The position numbers and the translations under genes are program-made. From Dehalococcoidia bacterium (GTDB lineage Bacteria; Chloroflexota; Dehalococcoidia; SHYB01): a stretch of DNA of 64,000 nt. How positions within the stretch are numbered: position 1 is the stretch's first letter; each line of letters opens with the position of its first letter. Location of the stretch: NCBI GenBank assembly GCA_965207995.1, contig OZ242299.1, positions 592,064-656,063 on the forward strand, written 5' to 3'. The notes under the pieces are model-generated. The model saw only the letters and a program-made list of their open reading frames with translations, was not told the origin of the DNA and ran no database searches. Positions 56,199 to 64,000 of the stretch are shown here, in pieces.

Positions 56199-57065
56199 GT
56201 GGGCGTCCTCGACGGCAAGAGCGTGATCGTCACCGGCGCCGGCCGCGGTCTGGGCCGCGCCTATGCCGTCTTCGTGGCCCGCGAGGGCGCGCGCGTCGTG
56301 GTCAACGACGTCGACGGCGACGAGGCCGAGAAGACGGCGCGCGAGATCGCGCAGGCGGGCGGCCAGGGGGCCGCCCACACCGGCAACGTCGGCGACTGGG
56401 CCGTCGCCGCCGAACTCGTCGAAGTCTGCGCGTCGCGGTTCGGCGGGCCCGACGCCGTGGTCAACAACGCCGGCGTCACCCACGCGGCGCCCTTCGAGCA
56501 AGAGACCGAGGAGTGGCTCGACCGCATCGTCGAGGCCAACCTCAAGGGCACGTTCGCCGTGGCCCACCACGCCGCCAAGCGCATGATAGAGCGGCGGAGC
56601 GGCAGCATCGTCAACGTCACGTCGGGGGCGCAAGCCGGCTATCCCCAGCGGTCGGCCTACGCCGCTTCGAAGGCGGCGGTGGCGGCCATGACCTACACCT
56701 GGGCGCTGGAGCTGGCGCCCTACGGTGTCCGGGTCAACGCCGTCTCCCCCACCGCCCAGACCCACATGTCCGACCCGCTCCCCGCGGGCGCCGAGCCGCC
56801 GCCGCTGCGCAGGCCGGAGAACGTGGCGCCATTGGTGACCTATCTGGCCAGCGACGCGGCGAGCCGGGTCACCGGCCAGGTGGTGCGGCTCGACCGGAAC
56901 GTGCTGAGCCTCTTCTCGCACCCCAGGCCCACCGCATCGACCGTGAACCTGCAGGGCTGGACGGTCGAAGCCATCCAAGAGCACTTCGCCAGGACCGTCG
57001 GTGCGCGGCTCGAACCGATCGGGGTCACCGCGCGCAGCTACCAGTTCCCGCACGGTCTGGTGTAG
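56199..57065 (+). CDS. SDR-family oxidoreductase
   Basis: 'VIVTGAGRGLGRA' and 'YAASKAAV' motifs; GTG start. Confidence 0.85.
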   Translation: MGVLDGKSVIVTGAGRGLGRAYAVFVAREGARVVVNDVDGDEAEKTAREIAQAGGQGAAHTGNVGDWAVAAELVEVCASRFGGPDAVVNNAGVTHAAPFEQETEEWLDRIVEANLKGTFAVAHHAAKRMIERRSGSIVNVTSGAQAGYPQRSAYAASKAAVAAMTYTWALELAPYGVRVNAVSPTAQTHMSDPLPAGAEPPPLRRPENVAPLVTYLASDAASRVTGQVVRLDRNVLSLFSHPRPTASTVNLQGWTVEAIQEHFARTVGARLEPIGVTARSYQFPHGLV

Positions 57066-57163
57066 CCTCGGGGGCCTTCTCCCTTGGACGGCGCCCCGGC
57101 CGCCCCTGTCGCTAGGGGTGACACGGAGACGGCCGGAGCGCGTCCGAGAGAAGGAGGAGGAGC

Positions 57164-58234
57164 CTAGCTGAGGATGCCTTCTTCCCGTAGGAGGTCCTGC
57201 GTTCCGCGCAGGTCCTCCAGGTCGCTGAGATCGATGTCAGGTGGGTCCAACGTGCTCAGCGGCGGCACACCTTCGGGAGAGGCAATGCCCTCGACTAGAG
57301 GAAATTCGTAGGTCTCGGTGGCGAAGTAGGTCTGCGCCTCTTCGCTCAGCATCCAATCGATGAAGACCCGCGCGGCTTCTAGATCGTTCGTGCCCTTGAT
57401 GATGCCCACGCCGGCGACGTTCACCAGCGCGCCGGGGTCACCGCCCCCATAGTAGAAGTTGCGGGCAGTGAAGCCCTCGCCTTCGGACGCGAGGAAGCGG
57501 TGCAGGTAGTAGTGGTTGACGAACCCCACCTCTACCTCGCCGGCGGCGACGGCGGCCACAGTGGGCGTGTTCTTCGCGTAGGCGATGGGGTCGTTGGCCA
57601 CGATGCCGCGCAGCCAGTCGCGCGCGCCTTCCTCTCCGAGCTGGACGCGGAGGGCGGTGACGAAGGCTTGGAACGAGCCGTTCGTCGGAGGCCAGCCGAT
57701 GCGTCCCTTCCACTTGGGGTCGGTAAAGCCCAGGATCGAGTCCGGCAGGTCGTCGGGGGAGAGGCTCTCTGTGTTGTAGACCACGACGCGGGCGCGGCCC
57801 GAGGTCCCGACCCATTCGCCCTTGGGCGAGCGGAAGCGGGGGTCGACGCGGTCAAGGTATTCGGCGGGCAGCGTGTCCAGCACACCCTCCAGCGAGAGTG
57901 CGCCGAGCGCGCCGGCATCTTGGAGCAGGACGACGTCGGCGGGCGTGTTGTCGCCCTCTTCCAGAATCTGTGCGGCGATGGCGCCGGTACCGGCGTAGCG
58001 CGTTCGGACGCGGATGCCGGTGGCCTCGCTAAAGGCCTCGATGGCGGGCCCGACGAGGTTCTCGTTGCGGCCGGAGTAGAGAACGATCTCGGTGCCTTCC
58101 AAGGATTCGGTGGGGTCGCCGCCGTCGCAAGCGGCGAGGACAATCGAGACGGCGAGGACGGCGGCGAGCACAACGCTCAGGCGGAGTGAAGAGGGGGTTA
58201 GCACGGTTACCTCTGGCGGTAGTTTTTCACACAC
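57164..58234 (-). CDS. ABC transporter periplasmic substrate-binding lipoprotein (iron(III)/SBP family 1-like)
   Basis: Lipoprotein signal 'LAVSIVLAAC'; two-lobe SBP fold length. Confidence 0.7.
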   Translation of the reverse strand: MCEKLPPEVTVLTPSSLRLSVVLAAVLAVSIVLAACDGGDPTESLEGTEIVLYSGRNENLVGPAIEAFSEATGIRVRTRYAGTGAIAAQILEEGDNTPADVVLLQDAGALGALSLEGVLDTLPAEYLDRVDPRFRSPKGEWVGTSGRARVVVYNTESLSPDDLPDSILGFTDPKWKGRIGWPPTNGSFQAFVTALRVQLGEEGARDWLRGIVANDPIAYAKNTPTVAAVAAGEVEVGFVNHYYLHRFLASEGEGFTARNFYYGGGDPGALVNVAGVGIIKGTNDLEAARVFIDWMLSEEAQTYFATETYEFPLVEGIASPEGVPPLSTLDPPDIDLSDLEDLRGTQDLLREEGILS

Positions 58235-58346
58235 AGCATTTAACTATGTGCATACGAATTTTCAAACGCGGAGTATCCAACCACAGGGGTTATGGGCTTG
58301 TCAACCCCCCACCGCCAATCTCCTTGCAGCGACGAGGGACGAGGAG

Positions 58347-58529
58347 CTACTGACGGCGGCGAAGGCGGTCGGCGAGTTGCTCGGCCCAGCCGGAGAGCGT
58401 CGACTCCAAGTCGGCGCCGCAGTGGGGGCATTCGAAGTCGCCGTAGCGCAGGCGCGTGGCGCAGATCGGACAGCGCTCGATCTGCTCGAGGCTGTTGAGG
58501 ATGGTGTCGATCTCTTCTCGTGAGGCCAC
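58347..58529 (-). CDS. Possible small zinc-ribbon protein (CxxC...CxxC) immediately downstream of tRNA-Pro
   Basis: GTG-start 60-aa ORF 'VASREEIDTILNSLEQIERCPICATRLRYGDFECPHCGADLE...'. The longer track ORF 58347..58631 overlaps the tRNA and is rejected. Confidence 0.3.
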   Translation of the reverse strand: MASREEIDTILNSLEQIERCPICATRLRYGDFECPHCGADLESTLSGWAEQLADRLRRRQ

Positions 58530-58533
58530 GCCG

Positions 58534-58611
58534 CTCCGCGAGATGGTCGGGGCGCTGGGATTCGAACCCAGGACCTCCACGTCCCAAACGTGGCGCGCTA
58601 ACCGGACTGCG
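58534..58611 (-). tRNA. tRNA-Pro (anticodon TGG), CCA encoded
   Basis: Reverse complement CGGGGCGTAGCGCAGTCCGGTTAGCGCGCCACGTTTGGGACGTGGAGGTCCTGGGTTCGAATCCCAGCGCCCCGACCA; the cloverleaf folds by eye. Anticodon loop TTTGGGA gives UGG. Confidence 0.85.
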
Positions 58612-58686
58612 CTACGCCCCGAAACCTGCATCTCCAGAATAGGGGCGGCCTCGAAGCAGGGTCAAGCCGCTGAGCCGGCCGCGCGG

Positions 58687-59553
58687 TCAGGGCAGGGCGT
58701 CGGCGAGGCGGCCGATCTGTTCGAGGTCGGGGACGGCCGGCGAGAGGGTAAGCTCGTCCATGCCGATGCCCTCGTAGCCACGGACCGTGGCGCGGACCGC
58801 CTCCGGCGTGGCGATGACGTTGTCGGCGATCATCTTCGCCCGGTCGCCGAGGAAGCCGTAGTAGCTCGTCAGATAGGCGTCGGACCGGGCCTTGGCGTCG
58901 GGGCCGAGGGCGAAGTAGGCGAGCCCGGCGAGGCGCGGCTCGCCCGCTCTTTCCGCCTCTCGCCACTGCTCGACCACCTTCTTGAAGATGGCGTCGACGA
59001 TCTGCGGAGGCGCGCCGCCGCCGGAGATGTAGCCGTCGGCGTAGCGGGCGGCGCGGCGCACCGCCCCGTGCGATGTCCCGCCGATCAGCAACTCCGGCCC
59101 GCCGGGTCGGCCCGGCGACGGCCCCATGGGCCCCGCGCCGTCGGCGGCGGGTTCACCCGCCCAGATTCCCTTCATCGTCTGCAGCATCTCCTCGAAGCGC
59201 CTGCCTCGACCGGCCAAATCCGCCTCGGCGGCGGCAAAGTCGTCGGCGCGCCCGCCGATACCGAGCCCAAGGGTAAGCCGCCCGCCGGAAAGCACGTCGA
59301 GGCTGGCGGCCTGCTTGGCGAGGATTCCGGCACTGCGCAGCGGCGCGAGCAGCACCGACGTCATCAGCCGCACCCGCTTCGTCACCGCGGCGGCCGCGGC
59401 GAGCGCGATCAGCGGCTCGTAGTTGTCGAACACCAGCCGGTCGAGCGCGCCGACGCTGGAGAACGGCCCGGCCTCGACCTTGCGCGCCCAGTCGAGGATG
59501 CGTTCCCCGGAGATACCGGGAATGGTGGCGGGTAGCCCGACGCCGACCTTCAT
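58687..59553 (-). CDS. LLM-class F420-dependent oxidoreductase
   Basis: 'MKVGVGLPA...' start; 'GGRLTLGLGIGG' LLM signature. ATG at 59553; the track start 59643 is over-extended. Confidence 0.85.
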   Translation of the reverse strand: MKVGVGLPATIPGISGERILDWARKVEAGPFSSVGALDRLVFDNYEPLIALAAAAAVTKRVRLMTSVLLAPLRSAGILAKQAASLDVLSGGRLTLGLGIGGRADDFAAAEADLAGRGRRFEEMLQTMKGIWAGEPAADGAGPMGPSPGRPGGPELLIGGTSHGAVRRAARYADGYISGGGAPPQIVDAIFKKVVEQWREAERAGEPRLAGLAYFALGPDAKARSDAYLTSYYGFLGDRAKMIADNVIATPEAVRATVRGYEGIGMDELTLSPAVPDLEQIGRLADALP

Positions 59554-59593
59554 GATGATTGCTCCGATGTAACAGCCGCCGGCAGCCCAAAAG

Positions 59594-60526
59594 CTACCCA
59601 GTGAACTGGGGCATGACCTCTTCGGTGAACTTCTGCAGCGCATCCCAGTTGAAAGGGGGCCGGATCGCGATGTTCACGTTCTCCGCACCGCCGGCGGCGT
59701 AGACGCCGAGCCGTTCGGCGACCTCGCTCGCCGTGCCCATCAGCATCCCATCGCCGACGGGGCGCCGGTGGCCCTTCCAGCTATCGGAGAAGCGCGACCG
59801 TATCGCCTCCGCCTCGGCCTCGTCGACACCCATGTAGAAGCCGACGTTGACGCTCCGCTCGATGGACGCCGGGTCCCGGCCCTCCTTGTCGCACCAGTCG
59901 TCGAGGACGCCGTTCAGCTCCTCGAACTGCGAGGCGGGAATATAGGCGGCGTTCCAGCCGTCGGCGTACCGCGCCGCGATGCGGAGGGTACGCTTGCGCC
60001 CCATGCCGCCCACCCACACCGGCAGCTTCGACTGCACCGGCTTGGGGTTATTGATGGCGTCCACGACGCGAAAGTAGCGCCCCTCGAACGTGGTGCGCTC
60101 CTGCGTCAGCAAGCCCTGCACGATCTGCATGCTTTCGTCGAGCATGTCGAGCCGTTCGCGATTTGGGCCGTACTCGTAGCCGTAGGCCTCGTACTCGGCG
60201 CGGTGCCAGCCCGCCCCGATGCCGAGGTTGGCCCGTCCGTGGGAGATGTGGTCGATGGTGGTGATCATCTTGGCCAACAGACCGGGAGGCCGGTAGCCGG
60301 GCGTGAAGACCAGGCACCCGAGGCGGGCGCGGTTGGTGTCGGCGGCGAGGGTGGCGAAGGCCGAGACCGTCTCGTAGGTCACGCTTTCCCCGTCGATGTA
60401 GGGCGCTTCGTAGAAGTGGTCCCACACCGAGATCCAGGCATAGCCGTGCTCGTCGGCGAAGCGCCAGGCGCGCCGCAGATCGTCGAACGAGCAGTCCTGC
60501 TGCCCGGTGTGCATGCCGATCTTCAA
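59594..60526 (-). CDS. LLM-class F420/flavin-dependent oxidoreductase
   Basis: 'MKIGMHTGQ' start; 'GRANLGIGAGWHRAEYEAYG' LLM block. Confidence 0.85.
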   Translation of the reverse strand: MKIGMHTGQQDCSFDDLRRAWRFADEHGYAWISVWDHFYEAPYIDGESVTYETVSAFATLAADTNRARLGCLVFTPGYRPPGLLAKMITTIDHISHGRANLGIGAGWHRAEYEAYGYEYGPNRERLDMLDESMQIVQGLLTQERTTFEGRYFRVVDAINNPKPVQSKLPVWVGGMGRKRTLRIAARYADGWNAAYIPASQFEELNGVLDDWCDKEGRDPASIERSVNVGFYMGVDEAEAEAIRSRFSDSWKGHRRPVGDGMLMGTASEVAERLGVYAAGGAENVNIAIRPPFNWDALQKFTEEVMPQFTG

Positions 60527-60538
60527 GGGGTCCTCACT

Positions 60539-60838
60539 CTAGTCCTCAGGCAGGCCGGAGATTCTGCGCAGCAGGTTGTAGGGGTAGATGCCGGTGTCGT
60601 GAGCGTCGCTCCAGAGCAGCTGCAGCGCGTAGCGTCCGACGGGCATGTGGTCTAACGCCTCGACGTTTTGGGGCACCTCACCGGGGCCGACCATCCGCTT
60701 CCCGGTGAGCTCATGGACGCAGGCGGCGCAGGGGCAGGCCCCCCGCAATTCGAGGTGCTCGATGACGGCGTGTTCGCCGTCATCCCACTCGATGTGGACG
60801 CCGTCGGGCCGCAGCGCCACCGACTTCGGAACGTGCAC
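60539..60838 (-). CDS. DUF971 domain protein
   Basis: 'LQLLWSDAHDTGIYPYNLLR' is the typical DUF971 C-terminal block. Confidence 0.6.
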   Translation of the reverse strand: MHVPKSVALRPDGVHIEWDDGEHAVIEHLELRGACPCAACVHELTGKRMVGPGEVPQNVEALDHMPVGRYALQLLWSDAHDTGIYPYNLLRRISGLPED

Positions 60839-60845
60839 CCGCCGC

Positions 60846-61499
60846 CTACTCCTGCTCCGAGGCCGGACGGCGCGAACGGAGCTCCTCCCAGATGTCTTCG
60901 GGAGTCAGCCCGGCGTCGGCCAGCAGGACGAGGCTGTGGAACCAGAGATCGGCCACCTCGTGCACCGTCTCTTCCTTGACGCCGTTCTTGGCGGCGATGA
61001 CCGCCTCGCCCGCCTCTTCGAGCACTTTCTTGCCGATGCGGTCCACGCCCTCGGTCAGGAGCTTGGCGACGTAGCTGCCCTCCGGCCGGTCGCGCTTCCG
61101 CTGCTCGATGGTCTCGAAGAGCTCGGCGACGATGTCGCGGGCGCCGGTGTCGAACTCGATGTCGCCCACGGCGACCTGTCTACCGTCTAGGTCTTGGAAG
61201 AAGCAGGTGGGCTTGCCGGTGTGGCACGCGGGACCCGCGGGATCGCCCTTCAGCACCAGCGTGTCCCCGTCGCAGTCGACCTCGATGCGCTCGACGCTGA
61301 TGACGTTGCCCGACGTCTCGCCCTTGCGCCACAGCGATCGGCGGCTGCGGCTGTAGAACCACGCCTCGCCGGTCTCGATGGTCTTGGCCAGCGATTCAGG
61401 GGACATATACGCCACCATCAGGATCTCGTTCGTGCGGCGGTCCTGCGCGATGGCGGGGATCAGACCCTGCTCGTTCAGCTTGAGCTTCATGTCGTTCAT
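60846..61499 (-). CDS. hisIE: Bifunctional phosphoribosyl-AMP cyclohydrolase / phosphoribosyl-ATP pyrophosphatase
   Basis: HisI block 'GLIPAIAQD...VDCDGDTLV...ACHTG' followed by a HisE helical domain. Confidence 0.9.
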   Translation of the reverse strand: MNDMKLKLNEQGLIPAIAQDRRTNEILMVAYMSPESLAKTIETGEAWFYSRSRRSLWRKGETSGNVISVERIEVDCDGDTLVLKGDPAGPACHTGKPTCFFQDLDGRQVAVGDIEFDTGARDIVAELFETIEQRKRDRPEGSYVAKLLTEGVDRIGKKVLEEAGEAVIAAKNGVKEETVHEVADLWFHSLVLLADAGLTPEDIWEELRSRRPASEQE

Positions 61500-61555
61500 C
61501 CGGCGCCCAACGGCACCGTAATCAGGATAGCACCACCGCGGTTACGCCGGAGGCA

Positions 61556-62059
61556 TCAGGCGGGGCGGCGGGGGAGCATGAACGTCCGCAGGTAGCTGAG
61601 CACGGTCTCGCCGCGCTGGTTGCTCGCCTCCGTCCGCACCTTCACGATGCCGCGGTCCGGACGGCTGGCCGAGGCCCGCACCTCGAGCACCTCGGTTTCC
61701 GCGTAGATCGTGTCGCCGATGAAGGTCGGAGCGTGGTGGTCGACGCGCTCGAACCCCAGATTCGCGATCGTGTTGCCGCTGAGATTGGGGACGCTCAGGC
61801 CGACGGCGATGGCGAAGACGAGGATGCCGTTGACCAGCACCCGGCCATGCTGCGAGGCGGCGGCGTACTCGGCGTCGAGGTGGAGCGGCTGCGGGTTCGA
61901 CGTCCAGTAGCAGAACTGGTCGGCGGCCGCCTGCGAGATCGTGCGGCCCGGCCAATGGCGGAACCGGTCGCCGACGTGCACGTCGTCCAAGTACCGCTCG
62001 AAGAAGTCGCGAAAGTCGTGTTCCATGGCGTTCCCCGTGACCGCCACGCAGCCGGTCAT
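61556..62059 (-). CDS. MaoC-family (hotdog) dehydratase
   Basis: 'FAIAVGLS', 'HAPTFIGDT', 'ASNQRGETV' motifs; the start may be the ATG at 62026. Confidence 0.8.
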   Translation of the reverse strand: MTGCVAVTGNAMEHDFRDFFERYLDDVHVGDRFRHWPGRTISQAAADQFCYWTSNPQPLHLDAEYAAASQHGRVLVNGILVFAIAVGLSVPNLSGNTIANLGFERVDHHAPTFIGDTIYAETEVLEVRASASRPDRGIVKVRTEASNQRGETVLSYLRTFMLPRRPA

Positions 62060-62142
62060 TGCAGCCCATTCTGCGCCGCCCCCGCCAAGCGGTGCAACTG
62101 CTTTGACAGCTTTTCCAGGGCGCGGCTATAGTCTCGGCGACC

Positions 62143-62922
62143 ATGCCCTACGCCCCCGTCAACGGTATCGAGCTCTTCTACGAGGTCGAAGGTTCGGGCA
62201 TTCCCGTCGTGCTCTGCCACGGCGTCGGCGGCAACCATCTGAGCTGGTGGCAGCAGGTCCCCGTGCTGGCCCAACGCTACACCTGCGTCATCCTCGACCA
62301 GCGCGGCTTCTGCAACACCAAGCTGCCGGAGGGCGGCCCCTACGCCGAAGCCTTCGCCGACGACGTCCTCGGCCTGCTCGACCACCTGGGTCTGAGCGAG
62401 CCCGCCTTCCTCGTCGGCCAATCGATGGGCGGACGGACGACGCTCGACTTCGCCCGGCGCTACCCCGAGCGCACGCGCGGGATCGTCCTCGCCGACACGC
62501 TGGCCAACCTGCGCTCACCCGCGCTCGACACGGCGCGGCGGGAGGCGAGCGAAGCGGTGGGCGCCGACCGCTTGCGCGCCGCGCTCTCGGAAACCACGTG
62601 GCGGGAGCGGCCCGATCTCGGCTTCCTCTACAAGCTCATCCGCGGCTACAACAAGCCACGTCCCAAGACCTTCTATTGGAAGAACAACGTCCCCGGCGCC
62701 ACCGCCGCCGACCTCGCCGGCTTCGCCATCCCCGCGCTCTTCATCGCTGGGGCCGAGGACCGCATCGCGCCGCCCGTCGCCATCCGCATGGGCTACGAGA
62801 TGTTCCCCGACGCCCGATGGTTGGAGGTGCCCGGCGCGGGCCACTCCGTCTACTTCGAGAAGCCCGACGTCTTCAACGCGGCGCTGCTCGACTTCTTCTC
62901 GGAGTGCGAGACCGGCCGCTAG
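62143..62922 (+). CDS. Alpha/beta hydrolase fold protein
   Basis: 'VVLCHGVGGN', nucleophile 'GQSMGG', C-terminal 'GAGHSV'. Confidence 0.8.
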   Translation: MPYAPVNGIELFYEVEGSGIPVVLCHGVGGNHLSWWQQVPVLAQRYTCVILDQRGFCNTKLPEGGPYAEAFADDVLGLLDHLGLSEPAFLVGQSMGGRTTLDFARRYPERTRGIVLADTLANLRSPALDTARREASEAVGADRLRAALSETTWRERPDLGFLYKLIRGYNKPRPKTFYWKNNVPGATAADLAGFAIPALFIAGAEDRIAPPVAIRMGYEMFPDARWLEVPGAGHSVYFEKPDVFNAALLDFFSECETGR

Positions 62923-63848
62923 CGCGGGAAGAGGGCGCGCAACGCCTCCTCGCTCGAATAGCGGTACGAGAAGCCCGTCTGCGCGCAGAAGCGCGCATTG
63001 TCGACGACCCACGGGTACATGACGTACCGCAGGCCCACGGCGGAGCCGGACCCCTGCAGGCGGGCGTGCCACGTCGCCTCCAGCAACGGCGCGATGAGCA
63101 AGTAGGGAAGTGTGACCATCCGCCGGTTGGCGAGGCCGGCAAGGTCCGAGTAGCGGATGAAGCCGTCCCCGGCGGTGTTGAAGACGCCGCGCGCCCGCCG
63201 CTCGATGGCGTGAACGAAGATACGGATGAGGTCGTCTTCGTGCATGAACTGCGTCAGGGGGTCGTGGCCGGCGACGCGAAGCATCGAGCGCCGGAAGATC
63301 GTAGCGCCGGCCGCGTCATGGCTGCCCGGGCCGATCACGGGGCAGCCGCGCAGGATGGTGACGTTCGTCGCGGGATGCTCCTCGGCGAATTCCTGGAAAA
63401 CGCGGTCCGCCACCGCCTTGTAGCGGGAATAGAGAAAGGCGTCGTTGGGCCGCAGCGGCGACGCCTCCTTCAGCGGCTCGGGATTGTCGGGGTGCGCGCC
63501 GTAGGCGGTGGAGCTGCTCATGTAGACGGCCTGCTCGACGCCGGCGGCGCGGCAGGCATCGAGAAAGTTGTGGGCGCCGTCCAGGCCCACCGCTCGGACG
63601 CGCCGGTGGTCGCGCGATGACCCAACCACAAACGCGAGGTTCACCGCCGTGTCCACGCGCTCCTTCTCGAATACCTCGGCGAAGGGAGTGGCAACGTCCT
63701 GGTGGTAGAAGCGCAGCTTGGCGGGGGAATCGCTCGGCGGGCGGAAGTCGACGCCGACGATAGTCTCCACGTCGTCGTGCTCCGCGAGGCGGGCGACAAG
63801 CCGGGAGCCCAGATACCCCGACGAACCGGTTACGGCAATGCGGCGCAT
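62919..63848 (-). CDS. NAD-dependent epimerase/dehydratase family protein
   Basis: 'IAVTGSSGYLGSRLV' Rossmann motif; 'YSRYK' catalytic motif. Confidence 0.85.
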   Translation of the reverse strand: MRRIAVTGSSGYLGSRLVARLAEHDDVETIVGVDFRPPSDSPAKLRFYHQDVATPFAEVFEKERVDTAVNLAFVVGSSRDHRRVRAVGLDGAHNFLDACRAAGVEQAVYMSSSTAYGAHPDNPEPLKEASPLRPNDAFLYSRYKAVADRVFQEFAEEHPATNVTILRGCPVIGPGSHDAAGATIFRRSMLRVAGHDPLTQFMHEDDLIRIFVHAIERRARGVFNTAGDGFIRYSDLAGLANRRMVTLPYLLIAPLLEATWHARLQGSGSAVGLRYVMYPWVVDNARFCAQTGFSYRYSSEEALRALFPR

Positions 63849-64000
63849 GGCGACATTCTACGCCGGAAACGGCGGCGGCGAGGGGCCGAAATTCTGATTG
63901 ACACCCCTTCCGAACGGGGCCTAGACTTAACCGAACGGTGCAGGCCGCTGCGGGGCCCCCGCCGGCTTGGGCGGGGGCTTCTGTATGTCAGGCTCCCGAC

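Noticed and set aside
58347-58631. 94-aa track ORF
   Set aside because: Its 5' part is the antisense of the tRNA-Pro gene. Only a shorter GTG-start zinc-ribbon ORF is plausible.

Overview
High-GC (about 70%) bacterial chromosome segment, probably from an F420-using Actinobacteria/Chloroflexi-like lineage. The first ~30 kb looks like a horizontally acquired element. It begins inside a conjugative type-IV-secretion (T4SS) gene block (1-2442, minus strand). An HTH/TPR regulatory cluster follows. Next is a complete type I restriction-modification operon (XRE regulator, hsdM, hsdS, hsdR). Three toxin-antitoxin pairs are wedged between its subunit genes: hicBA and two tandem DUF433/DUF5615 pairs. 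After that comes a complete type I-G (formerly I-U) CRISPR-Cas system (cas3-HD, csx17/cas8u2, csb1/cas7, csb2/cas5-6, cas4-cas1 fusion, cas2) with a 48-repeat array (26621-30111). The array abuts a truncated paralog of a downstream diiron-oxygenase-like gene, which probably marks an island boundary. The remaining ~34 kb is mostly core-like metabolism: SDRs, three LLM/F420-type oxidoreductases, amidohydrolases, a fused double CoA-transferase, three MFS transporters, hisIE and tRNA-Pro. Several small lower-GC insertions interrupt it: a DUF3800 gene; a second HicB/HicA-like pair; and a ~3.6 kb island with an Mrr-like nuclease, a PLD-family nuclease, a DNA-methyltransferase remnant and a DUF4238 protein. 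The most unusual single item is an apparent UGSC-family selenoprotein gene (33476-34021) with an in-frame TGA in a U-G-S-C motif and a SECIS-like hairpin 14 nt downstream.
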